Source of the DNA: Peptococcaceae bacterium BICA1-8
GTDB taxonomy: Bacteria; Bacillota; Peptococcia; Peptococcales; BICA1-8
Assembly: GCA_000802045.1 (NCBI GenBank)
Contig: JUEF01000135.1
Span: 8,287 to 72,286 of the forward strand
Length of the DNA: 64,000 nt
Direction: 5' to 3'
Part shown: positions 19,844 through 28,707 of the stretch, one piece after another
Position numbering within the stretch: the first letter of the stretch is position 1
How the letters are laid out: each line of letters opens with the position of its first letter
Translations under genes and position numbers: made by a program
The notes under the pieces: generated by a model
What the model saw: the letters and a program-made list of their open reading frames with translations, nothing else
What the model was told of the DNA's origin: nothing
The model's database searches: none

Positions 19844-20330
19844 TTAAATACACCTCCTGAAAATTTGAGAAGCTTAATTGAATTAATCTAAAGAACCAGA
19901 CCCTCCTTTCGTTATGTAAAAATAATTACAAACAAGAGAACATTGATTAAAGACAAATAAAAAATACTTATAAATTAATTTAGCTATAACTAATTATAAG
20001 TATAAATTATATTTAATAAAACCCCTCGATTTTACTAGAACTGTAAATTAACTAAAAATAATGACGGAAATTATTTAAAATAATTACTGTTTTGAACTTA
20101 TTGGTATAAAATACTGGTTAATAAAGGGAATGAAAAGGTGCATGTTAAAATTAATTTTAAATATAGAGTAAAGAAGTAAACGTTATATAATATAAAATTA
20201 TTAATAATATAAAAAATTCTTATATATATACTTTTGATAGTTATGTAGGTTTTCGAAATCCTTGTGTAGAATAGTACAAATTAACTATGAAAATACATAG
20301 TACTTCCTACCTAATTGGAGTTGATTTGAT

Positions 20331-21662
20331 GTGAAAAATAATTTAGAAGACTATTATGTGAATATCAAATGGATGGCTTTTGTTATTCCAGTCCTATGGG
20401 TAGGCATTTATGAAGTGTTACGGTTTCAAATTCTAGGCAATATATTTACGCCAATCATTAATAGTGTCATATTAATATGTTCAGTTGGTTTTTTCGGACT
20501 TATTTTTTCGGCATATTTGTTTAGAAAGATTAGGACTATTCATAATTCACTTTTTTTAGAACAGCAAAAACTGAAAACTATCTTTCATCATACATCTGAC
20601 GGAATTATCGTTTTAGGAGAGAATTGTCAGATCCTTGATATCAACCCAGCCGTAGAAAAATTAACAGGGTGGAAAGCTAAAGAGGTAATTAAGAAAATTA
20701 CTTGTGAAGAAATGAACCGGTGTTTAAAGAGTACAGAGGCCTGTTGGAATTCTCAAAATCCCGAAGGCTGCATGAATGTAGACTGTGGGCATAGGGAGTG
20801 CTGGGGTAAGACTTGCCTGGAAAAACAAATTTCAGTTCCCCATGTAGAGATGTGTCTTGTTTGTAAAAATGGTAAGAAAATTAAGGTTGCCGCCAGTTAT
20901 TCTTACATACCTGCTGTAGGCGAGGAAAAGCCGTTGGTAAAGCTTGTTCTAAGAGATATCTCTGAAAAAAAAGAATTTGAAAAGGCTATTCAAAATTATG
21001 CTACTTTAGAGGAAAGATACAGACTAGCCAGAGAAATGCATGATGGATTAGCGCAAGCTTTAGTTTATTTAAATATTAAGGCTTATAATATTCAAAAGAA
21101 TTTAGAAAAGCATGGTAACCATGATTCTATTATTAATGACCTAGTTGAAATAAGGCAGGTTACCCAGGAGGCTGTTAATGAAGTCCGTCAGAATATTTTT
21201 GATTTAAAAACACCTCCTAGAGATGAAACTAGTTGTTTTAGGGTATGGATTGAGGATTATCTAAAAAACTTTGGTTTTATAAATCATTTAGATACTGAGT
21301 TTTTCTGTAATTGTCAGGCAGCACTTATATTACCTACTGATGTCAAAGTTCAATTAATTAGGATTATTCAGGAGGCTTTAACTAATATCAGAAAGCATGC
21401 TCGAGCTACAAAAATAAATATCTTTTTAACAAAGAATGAGAAGAAATTAATTATTAAAATTACTGATAATGGAAAAGGTATTGATTTAACTACTCTAAAT
21501 ATGGACACAAAGGAACATTTCGGATTAACTATAATGAAGGAAAGAGCTCAAATTATCGGAGGAGATATAAAAATTATTCCAGGTGAAGCCCGAGGAACTC
21601 TTGTAGAATTGACTTTGCCATTGATTAATGGATATGAAAGAAATAATAGGATAGCAAATTAG
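20331..21662 (+). CDS. Membrane sensor histidine kinase, HisKA_3/NarL-partner type, with a PAS-like domain carrying a nine-Cys insert
   Basis: Two N-terminal TM helices, H-box REMHDGLAQAL, and HATPase motifs (DNGKGI, GLTIMKERA). Cys-rich segment encoded at 20703-20864. GTG start. Confidence 0.85.
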   Translation: MKNNLEDYYVNIKWMAFVIPVLWVGIYEVLRFQILGNIFTPIINSVILICSVGFFGLIFSAYLFRKIRTIHNSLFLEQQKLKTIFHHTSDGIIVLGENCQILDINPAVEKLTGWKAKEVIKKITCEEMNRCLKSTEACWNSQNPEGCMNVDCGHRECWGKTCLEKQISVPHVEMCLVCKNGKKIKVAASYSYIPAVGEEKPLVKLVLRDISEKKEFEKAIQNYATLEERYRLAREMHDGLAQALVYLNIKAYNIQKNLEKHGNHDSIINDLVEIRQVTQEAVNEVRQNIFDLKTPPRDETSCFRVWIEDYLKNFGFINHLDTEFFCNCQAALILPTDVKVQLIRIIQEALTNIRKHARATKINIFLTKNEKKLIIKITDNGKGIDLTTLNMDTKEHFGLTIMKERAQIIGGDIKIIPGEARGTLVELTLPLINGYERNNRIAN

Positions 21663-21693
21663 TTGTACCGGCTGATTTAAAGGGGGCATTGAA

Positions 21694-22347
21694 ATGTTAA
21701 AGTTTAAAGTACTTTTAGTCGATGACCACGCTTTATTCCGTAAAGGGATGGCCAGTTTATTAAATGAACTTAAGGAACTAGAAATAATTGGCGAAGCAAG
21801 TAATGGTAAAGAAGGGGTTGAGAAAGCTAGAGAACTCAAGCCAGATATTATTATCATGGATGTGGAAATGCCTGAGATGACAGGAGTAGAGGCAGTAAAA
21901 GTTATTAAAGAGGAACTTCCACAGTGTAAAGTAGTTATGCTAACAATATCTGAGGATGATGACAATTTATTTAAATCAATTAAAAATGGAGCTCAAGGGT
22001 ATTTATTAAAGAGTATGGACCCTGATGATTTAATTAGACAAATAAAAGATTTGTTAAAGGGTGAGGCTGCTTTATCAAAGACGATAGCTAGTAAAATTTT
22101 AAAAGAATTTGCAAACCTTTCTAAAAAGCAAAAGGAAGTAGATTATCATAAATTTAATCTGACTGAAAGAGAGGGAGAGGTTTTAATTCAGGTAGCTCAG
22201 GGAATTACTAATAAGGAGATTGCTCTTGAACTGGCGATTACTGAGAATACAGTTAAGAATCACCTCTGCAATATCATGGAAAAACTCCACCTCCAGAATC
22301 GTGTCCAGTTAGCGACTTTTGCCTGGCGGGAAGGGTTTGTTGAATAA
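21694..22347 (+). CDS. NarL/LuxR-family response regulator
   Basis: Receiver domain (VLLVDDH...DIIIMDVEMPEMTG) plus a LuxR-type HTH (LTEREGEVLIQVAQGITNKEIA). Confidence 0.9.
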   Translation: MLKFKVLLVDDHALFRKGMASLLNELKELEIIGEASNGKEGVEKARELKPDIIIMDVEMPEMTGVEAVKVIKEELPQCKVVMLTISEDDDNLFKSIKNGAQGYLLKSMDPDDLIRQIKDLLKGEAALSKTIASKILKEFANLSKKQKEVDYHKFNLTEREGEVLIQVAQGITNKEIALELAITENTVKNHLCNIMEKLHLQNRVQLATFAWREGFVE

Positions 22348-22369
22348 TAGGTATATTGGATAAATATTT

Positions 22370-22412
22370 AAGATGATACTATTCTTAATTAAGAAAGTAT
22401 CATCTTTGTTTT
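22370..22412 (+). terminator. Intrinsic terminator
   Basis: AAGATGATACTATTCTT-AATT-AAGAAAGTATCATCTT followed by TGTTTT. Confidence 0.8.
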
Positions 22413-22526
22413 ATGGTCGTTATGGCTAGATAGAGTTAAATCGCCAAAAGGGGTTTAACATATGAAGTGAAGGGTATAATAATTTATAATATTTTAGTGA
22501 TAGCTAAGTTTAGAGGGGGATAATAT

Positions 22527-23399
22527 ATGGAATTTCCTCAATGGGATATTCTAATTATCGGTTGTGGGCCCGCTGGGCTTTCAGCGGCGGTAAATGCGAC
22601 AATTCGTAACAAAAAGGCAATAGTATATGGCGGAGAGTTTTGCAGTCCCAAGCTTCATAAAGCTCCACATGTCAATAACTATTTAGGTTTCTGGGATGTA
22701 TCAGGAGAAGAATTGCGGAAAAAATATCTCAATCATGTTCAACAGTTAGATATAAAAATGGAATGTCATAAAATTGATAATATTTACCCTGCCGGGAAAT
22801 CTTTTAATGTTGTCAGTAAGGGCAATATGATTATGTGTAATGCAATAATAATTGCAGTAGGCTTGCAAAATCCTAAATACCTGCCAGGAGAAGAGGAACT
22901 GTTGGGCAAGGGTGTGGGTTATTGTGCTACCTGTGATGGCCCTTTGTATAAAGGGAAAAAGGTTGCAGTAATTGGTTATAACACAGAGGCAGAGGAAGAG
23001 GTTAACTATTTGGCCGGGTTAGCTAGCCAAGTTATATATCTTCCGTTGTATCAAGGGCTAGGAAGTATCGACAGTAGAGTTCGAATTTTAAATGAAAGAC
23101 CCAAGGCTCTATTAGGTACAGATAGATTACAAGCACTAGAAACGGAAGGGGAAACCCTAGAACTAGATGGATTATTTATTATTCGGGATAGTGTTCCTCC
23201 AGCTCAGCTTTTGCCTGGCTTGGAGCTTGAGGAAAACGCAATAGTAGTAAATAGAAAAATGTCTACAAATATAACCGGTGTATTTGCTGCCGGTGACTGC
23301 ACCGGTGCCCCTTATCAGCTGGCCAAAGCAGTAGGTGAAGGAGCAGTTGCAGGACTAAGTGCTGTGAGTTATTTGGAAGAAATGAATAAGGGAAAGTAG
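22527..23399 (+). CDS. Thioredoxin-reductase-like flavoprotein with a CATC redox motif but no recognisable NADPH-binding motifs
   Basis: IIGCGPAGLSAA FAD fingerprint and a CATCDG active site. The position of GGGxSA reads GYNTEA, and no HRRxxxR motif follows. Confidence 0.8.
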   Translation: MEFPQWDILIIGCGPAGLSAAVNATIRNKKAIVYGGEFCSPKLHKAPHVNNYLGFWDVSGEELRKKYLNHVQQLDIKMECHKIDNIYPAGKSFNVVSKGNMIMCNAIIIAVGLQNPKYLPGEEELLGKGVGYCATCDGPLYKGKKVAVIGYNTEAEEEVNYLAGLASQVIYLPLYQGLGSIDSRVRILNERPKALLGTDRLQALETEGETLELDGLFIIRDSVPPAQLLPGLELEENAIVVNRKMSTNITGVFAAGDCTGAPYQLAKAVGEGAVAGLSAVSYLEEMNKGK

Positions 23400-23496
23400 G
23401 GGGGCGCATTGCGCGTCCTACCTCATTCTCTTGTGTAATAATCATCCTGTGAATATGATTAGGCATAATCATATGTTTTTCAATAGTAACACCTGC
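23396..23496 (-). pseudogene. Remnant of an IS200/IS605-type (COG1943/RAYT-like) Y1 transposase; HUH strand only
   Basis: The minus-strand frame reads AGVTIEKHMIMPNHIHRMIITQENEVGRAMRPP. MPNHIH is the HUH hallmark. The frame is bounded by a stop upstream and runs into the antisense of the TrxR-like gene. Confidence 0.5.
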
Positions 23497-23570
23497 TCAA
23501 AATTTTGAATCAAATTATCAATTTTTTACTGATATTGGATGACCCACTGACGCGCAATGCGCGCCCCTAC
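23396..23570. mobile_element. 175-bp element bounded by 22-bp inverted REP-like hairpins, containing an HUH-transposase fragment
   Basis: GTAGGGGGGCGCATTGCGCGTC at 23396. The reverse complement of 23549-23570 is GTAGGGGCGCGCATTGCGCGTC (21/22 identical). Confidence 0.65.
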
Positions 23571-23598
23571 GACATTAATAAAAAAGACACCCGCCTTA

Positions 23599-25389
23599 TC
23601 AGAGCCCGGTATCTTTTTTGAGTAATTCTAAAGCTTTTTCTTCATCAGGTGTAATATAAATGGTTTTTTGGTTTTCATATATTACCATACCTGGTTTTGC
23701 TCCCCCGGGTTTTTTTACATGTTTTCTTAAAGTATAGTCTACAGGTACCTGTGCGGAATAACGTCCCTTGCTATAATAGGCTGCAAGATTAGCGGCTGTG
23801 TCTAAGATGCTTTTGGGAATTTCTTTTTTATCAGGATTTTTAATAATTACATGGGAACCTGGGATATCCTTGACGTGGAGCCATAAGTCATCATTCTTAC
23901 CTAACTTAAAAGTTACATAGTCATTTTGTTTGTTGTTTTTTCCAAGCAATATCTTATAATCTGAAATAGCAATTGCTAGGGGCTCTGACTGAGCATTACT
24001 TTTAACCTTATTTTTATTTTTTTGCGGCCGGGCTTTAACATACCCGGCTTCTTCTAATTCCCATCTAATATCCTGCAGATCCTGGGGATTATCAGATCCA
24101 TCTAGACTATTCTTAATGCTTTCCAAATAACCTAATTCTTCAATTGTGATTTTGCTTTGTTCAAGGGTTTTTTCGGAACCTACTTTGGCTTTACTGTACT
24201 TTTTAAAATACTTTTGCGCATTTTCATTAGGCGTTAAGTTTGGTTCTAGAGTAATAGCAATATTCTCCAATTCCTCTGAGTAAAAATTGGAAACTATTGC
24301 CTCTTGCCCTTGCTTGAGATTGTGCAAATTTGCAGTAATAAGTTCTCCCCATAATTTATATTTGGCGGCTATCTCAACCTCTGCGATTTTTTCCAGCTGC
24401 AGAGCTAATTTACGCTGGCAGCGGTCTAGTTCTCTATCAATTATTTTATCTAGGTCTCCGGATTTTTGTTTAAAGAAATTTGTTTCCTCACTTTTACCGA
24501 TGAAAGATTCTATCAAATCACCCATAGAAGAATGTGTTTCTTGTACTAAACCGTCAAACTGCTGCAAGGAAAAGGGAGCAAAAGCAAAAGGCTTGCCCTC
24601 AGTATCTCTGACAAGTGTTGGTTGGTATGTCTGGGATAATATCAGGGTTTTTAACCAGTTTAGACTTTTCCAAAGACTTAAGTATTCATATTCACCTAAA
24701 AATTCCAGACTGTTTTCCAAATCAATTCCAGCTCGAACAGTTAATTCTTTAGCCGTTTGGGGTCCAAAACCTTCCATTATATTAAGTAAAGCTTTATGAA
24801 CCTTTTGTTCGGGGGGCAGATTTTGAAATCTCTCAACTAGGGTTTCTTCAGTTATTTCCTCAAGCTTAACTTTTTCCTGGGGTGGTGGAGAAATATAAGG
24901 GGCCCCCGGTAGTATTTCGCGGTATTGATTTACTGCATGACTTAAGCGTTTAATACTATCAAGAATTATTCTTTCGTTTTGTTTTATCAAAATTAGATTA
25001 CTGTGTTTTCCCATAAACTCTCCGATGAGAATTTTACTCACCTTATCTCCTAATTCATCAAAACCTTCTAATATAAAGTGAACAATTCTTTCTAAACCTT
25101 GTTGTTCAATATTTACAATTTTACTACCTTCTAGGTGCTTTCTCAGAACCATACAAAACAAGGGGGGCTGGAGAGGGTTTTGTCTGGCAGTATTGGTTAA
25201 ATTGAAGCGAGCACTTTGGGGTTTTACGGTAATTAAAAGCCGTAGGTTTTTACCTGGCTGTCTAATTGTCATAACTAGAGTATTGTGATCAGGCTGTTGT
25301 ATCTTATCTATTCTACCGCCAATTAACTGAGGCTTCAGTTCATCAACTAAAGCTCTTATGGCTATACCGTCTAATGACAAGTTAGTCAC
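23599..25389 (-). CDS. rqcH: NFACT-family ribosome quality control protein (fibronectin-binding protein A / YloA)
   Basis: 596 aa. N-terminus LDGIAIRALVDEL...RIDKIQQP and a C-terminal DUF814-type region. AGGAGGTG RBS. yloA-yloB synteny. Confidence 0.85.
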   Translation of the reverse strand: MTNLSLDGIAIRALVDELKPQLIGGRIDKIQQPDHNTLVMTIRQPGKNLRLLITVKPQSARFNLTNTARQNPLQPPLFCMVLRKHLEGSKIVNIEQQGLERIVHFILEGFDELGDKVSKILIGEFMGKHSNLILIKQNERIILDSIKRLSHAVNQYREILPGAPYISPPPQEKVKLEEITEETLVERFQNLPPEQKVHKALLNIMEGFGPQTAKELTVRAGIDLENSLEFLGEYEYLSLWKSLNWLKTLILSQTYQPTLVRDTEGKPFAFAPFSLQQFDGLVQETHSSMGDLIESFIGKSEETNFFKQKSGDLDKIIDRELDRCQRKLALQLEKIAEVEIAAKYKLWGELITANLHNLKQGQEAIVSNFYSEELENIAITLEPNLTPNENAQKYFKKYSKAKVGSEKTLEQSKITIEELGYLESIKNSLDGSDNPQDLQDIRWELEEAGYVKARPQKNKNKVKSNAQSEPLAIAISDYKILLGKNNKQNDYVTFKLGKNDDLWLHVKDIPGSHVIIKNPDKKEIPKSILDTAANLAAYYSKGRYSAQVPVDYTLRKHVKKPGGAKPGMVIYENQKTIYITPDEEKALELLKKDTGL

Positions 25390-25436
25390 CTCCTAATTTG
25401 CAAGTATACCATATTACTCACGGGTTTAGCTAGCAG

Positions 25437-25574
25437 GTCGGAAATACTTAGGGTCTAGCTTGAGCGTCTGACAATACTATGGGGACAAATTGTTGCGTCT
25501 GACATCGCTAATGGGTTGAGTTTTAGGGTCTGACAGTACTATGGGGACATTTTATTGCGTTTGACACTAGCTTT
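25437..25574 (+). repeat. Array of five ~31-bp units with GTCTGACA core (direct orientation)
   Basis: Core starts at 25437 (degenerate), 25466, 25497, 25528 and 25559. Spacings are 29, 31, 31 and 31 bp. Confidence 0.9.
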
Positions 25575-25584
25575 GAGATTTTTT

Positions 25585-25660
25585 CTGGGTACTGAACCCT
25601 GGGCCCTGGACACTAAGCACTTGAACACCGAGCACTTGAGCACAGCGCTCTGGACACGAA
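25585..25660 (+). repeat. CTGGG(T/C)ACTG...GGACACGAA low-complexity cassette (GAGCACT/GGACACT words)
   Basis: CTGGGTACTGAACCCTGGGCCCTGGACACTAAGCACTTGAACACCGAGCACTTGAGCACAGCGCTCTGGACACGAA. Confidence 0.85.
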
Positions 25661-25772
25661 TTTATCAGACGAGATATCTTCGCCCAGAAGTATGATCCCA
25701 GAAGTAAATGTCATTTTTCCCTTGATATTTGAATAAAAATTACTTAGTACTCTGCAAAGTGAGGGGAAACTT

Positions 25773-28526
25773 ATGGCAAATAGATTTTGGTACAATATGC
25801 ATGATTTAAAAGTTTTAGAAGAATTTCAGGTTGATGTAAAAAAGGGTCTAGACTCAAAAGAGGCTCAGCGCAGGTTGGAGTTGGTGGGTTTTAATCAATT
25901 GCGGGAAAAAGTAAAAACATCACCAATTAAAATGTTTTTTAATCAGTTCAAGGATTTTATGGTTATCGTGCTTTTAGCAGCTACAATTATCTCTGGTTTT
26001 TTAGGGGAGTATGCTGATGCTATTACCATAATGGCTATAGTCATTCTTAATTCAATTTTAGGTTTTGTGCAGGAATACCGAGCAGAGAAGTCTATGGAAG
26101 CTTTAAAAAAATTAATAGCTCCTGAAGCAATGGTTATCAGAGATGGTATAGAAAAGAAAATCCCTGCCCGGGAACTAGTTCCAGGTGAACTGGTTTTATT
26201 AGAAACCGGTGTTATAATTCCTGCGGATTTGCGTTTATTAGAAACAATTCAAATGGAAATAGAAGAATCTTCTTTGACTGGTGAATCTGTTCCTGCTAAA
26301 AAAATAGCCAGTGCAATATTTGAAACAAATACCAGCTTAGGTGATAGGAAGAATATGGCCTATATGGGTACTACCGTAACCCGGGGCAAAGGAATGGGCA
26401 TAGTTGTTGATACTGGTATGCAAACGGAAATGGGGCAGATTGCGGGACTAATTCAAAAGGTTGGTGATGAACAAACTCCGCTCCAAAGAAGGTTAGAACA
26501 ATTAGGCAGATGGCTAGTAGCTTTTTGTCTGTTAATTGTGCTGGTAGTTGTTGTTACAGGAATTCTCCGGGGTGAGCCTATTTACCAAATGTTCTTAGTG
26601 GGAGTCAGTCTGGCGGTGGCTGCTATTCCTGAAGGATTGCCTGCAATTGTTACAATTGCTTTAGCCGTAGGAGTTCAAAAAATGCTTAAAAGAAGAGCAA
26701 TTATTAGGAAGCTGCCTGCAGTAGAAACCTTGGGATGTGCCACAGTAATATGTTCTGATAAAACAGGTACCCTTACTCAAAATGAGATGACAGTGCGCAG
26801 GATTGTTATTAGTAATGAAACAATTCAAATTACAGGGGAAGGTTATGATCCTAAAGGAGAGGTGGTTGTTCCCGGGGATAAATCCCGTATGATGAGGAAT
26901 AAGGAATCCTTAAATATAGCCTTTAAAATTGCCGCCTTGTGTAATAACTCAAAGCTAAGAAAAACAGAAACAGTTATAGCCGGAATTTTTAGAAAGAAAA
27001 GCTCGAATCCTTGGCAGGTTTTAGGAGACCCCACTGAAGGAGCTCTCCTAGTTTTAGCAGCAAAAGCAGGTTTTTGGAGAGAACGTGTAGAAAAAGATGA
27101 GCAAAGAGTTTATGAAATGCCCTTCGATTCTGAACGCAAGAGAATGTCTGTTATCTATCAAAATAAAGATAAGCTTAACATTTATACCAAAGGGGCCCCG
27201 GATATTGTATTAGAAAATTGCAAATATGTTTGGTGGGAAGGGAAAATCGTTCTTTTAAACCGAGAACTAAAACAAAAAATATTAGAAAATAATGATAAGA
27301 TGGCTAATGAAGCCCTTCGAGTTTTAGCTCTAGCTTATAAACAAATTTCTGCCAATTTTGACTATGAAAGAAATGAGGCAGAGATTGAAAATGACCTGAT
27401 TTTTGTAGGATTAGCTGGAATGATTGATCCGCCCCGTCCTGCAGCAATTAAAGCTGTAGCTGTATGTAAAAACGCAGGGATAAAAACAGTTATGATAACC
27501 GGGGACCATAAAATCACTGCCCAGGCAATTGGTAAAGAACTAAAAATTTATAATGATCAGGACCTTATTTTAACGGGCAGCCAATTAGATGAAATGCCAG
27601 ACCCGGAATTAAATAAAATTATTAATAATGTAACCGTTTATGCCAGAGTATCACCAAAACATAAGCTCAGGATTGTTAAAGCCCTCAAAAAGCGGGGACA
27701 TGTGGTTGCAATGACAGGGGACGGAGTAAATGATGCCCCAGCAATTAAAGAGGCGGATATTGGAATTTCCATGGGAATAAATGGTACCGATGTAACAAAG
27801 GAATCTTCCTCTATGATTTTAGGGGATGATAATTTTGCAACTATTGTAGCTGCCGTTGAGGAAGGTCGGGCTATTTATGATAATATCAGGAAATTCATTA
27901 GATATCTTTTATCCTGTAATGTAGGTGAAGTTTTAACAATGTTTTTTGCTTCATTATTGGGATTGCCTTTGCCTTTATTGCCAATACAGATATTGTGGGT
28001 TAACTTAGTAACTGATGGATTGCCAGCAATGGCTTTAGGTGTTGATACAGCTGATCCTGATATCATGTACAGAAAACCTAGACATCCGAAAGAAAGCATT
28101 TTTGCCTATGGCTTGGCTAGACGCATAGCAGTAAGGGGAACATTAATAGGTGTCGGTACCCTTTTAGTATTTATGATAGGTTATTACTTAAATAAGAATT
28201 TAGATATAGCTAGAACTATGGCTTTTACAACACTTGTTTTCTCCCAGCTGTTTCATGTTTTTGATTGTCGTTCGGAAAAATATTCTATTTTTGAATTAGG
28301 CTTTTTCACCAACCCATTTTTAGTAGGCGCCGTAAGCTGTTCGGTAATAATGCATTTAATGGTAATTTATTTACCCTTTTTCCAAAAAATATTCAAAACT
28401 ACTCCTCTCTCTTTTAATAGCTGGCTGATTATAATTGCCGTTTCCGGTGGGTTAACAATTATGCAGAACGTGTATCGGAGCTTGAAAAGATATTATTTGA
28501 ATTTAGGGAGAACATTAAGGGCTTGA
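25773..28526 (+). CDS. yloB: P-type Ca2+-transporting ATPase (SERCA/YloB type)
   Basis: CSDKTGTLT phosphorylation motif plus TGDGVNDAPA, TGES and PEGL motifs. 917 aa. Confidence 0.9.
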   Translation: MANRFWYNMHDLKVLEEFQVDVKKGLDSKEAQRRLELVGFNQLREKVKTSPIKMFFNQFKDFMVIVLLAATIISGFLGEYADAITIMAIVILNSILGFVQEYRAEKSMEALKKLIAPEAMVIRDGIEKKIPARELVPGELVLLETGVIIPADLRLLETIQMEIEESSLTGESVPAKKIASAIFETNTSLGDRKNMAYMGTTVTRGKGMGIVVDTGMQTEMGQIAGLIQKVGDEQTPLQRRLEQLGRWLVAFCLLIVLVVVVTGILRGEPIYQMFLVGVSLAVAAIPEGLPAIVTIALAVGVQKMLKRRAIIRKLPAVETLGCATVICSDKTGTLTQNEMTVRRIVISNETIQITGEGYDPKGEVVVPGDKSRMMRNKESLNIAFKIAALCNNSKLRKTETVIAGIFRKKSSNPWQVLGDPTEGALLVLAAKAGFWRERVEKDEQRVYEMPFDSERKRMSVIYQNKDKLNIYTKGAPDIVLENCKYVWWEGKIVLLNRELKQKILENNDKMANEALRVLALAYKQISANFDYERNEAEIENDLIFVGLAGMIDPPRPAAIKAVAVCKNAGIKTVMITGDHKITAQAIGKELKIYNDQDLILTGSQLDEMPDPELNKIINNVTVYARVSPKHKLRIVKALKKRGHVVAMTGDGVNDAPAIKEADIGISMGINGTDVTKESSSMILGDDNFATIVAAVEEGRAIYDNIRKFIRYLLSCNVGEVLTMFFASLLGLPLPLLPIQILWVNLVTDGLPAMALGVDTADPDIMYRKPRHPKESIFAYGLARRIAVRGTLIGVGTLLVFMIGYYLNKNLDIARTMAFTTLVFSQLFHVFDCRSEKYSIFELGFFTNPFLVGAVSCSVIMHLMVIYLPFFQKIFKTTPLSFNSWLIIIAVSGGLTIMQNVYRSLKRYYLNLGRTLRA

Positions 28527-28552
28527 CATTTACTCACAGGTTAATATATTGG

Positions 28553-28655
28553 GTCTGACATATGCTTGGGGGTGAAATATCGCGTCTGACAATACTCCTG
28601 GGTGAACATTTTGCGTCTGACATTTTACTTTTGGGTTGAGATGCTGCGTCTGATG
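28553..28655 (+). repeat. Array of four ~31-bp GTCTGACA units (direct orientation)
   Basis: Cores at 28553, 28584, 28615 and 28648 (the last reads GTCTGATG). Confidence 0.9.
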
Positions 28656-28658
28656 AAT

Positions 28659-28696
28659 GGTGCTCTGTGCTCAGTGCTCAGTGTCCAGTGCCCAGT
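28659..28696 (-). repeat. Heptamer block GTGCTCA/GTGTCCA, the inverted copy of the CTGGGCACTGGACACTGAGCAC cassette
   Basis: The reverse complement reads ACTGGGCACTGGACACTGAGCACTGAGCACAGAGCACC. Confidence 0.85.
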
Positions 28697-28707
28697 AAAA
28701 AACTAAT

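Noticed and set aside
14759-19847. Multiple 60-110-aa plus-strand ORFs inside the three YeiH genes (e.g. 14759-15088, 16561-16848, 18594-18923, 19527-19847).
   Set aside because: They are antisense frames of the transporter genes and recur in all paralogs only because the sense genes are paralogous. They lack RBSs and have Pro/Ser/Thr/Ala-rich, low-complexity composition, as expected for the antisense frame of a hydrophobic membrane-protein gene.
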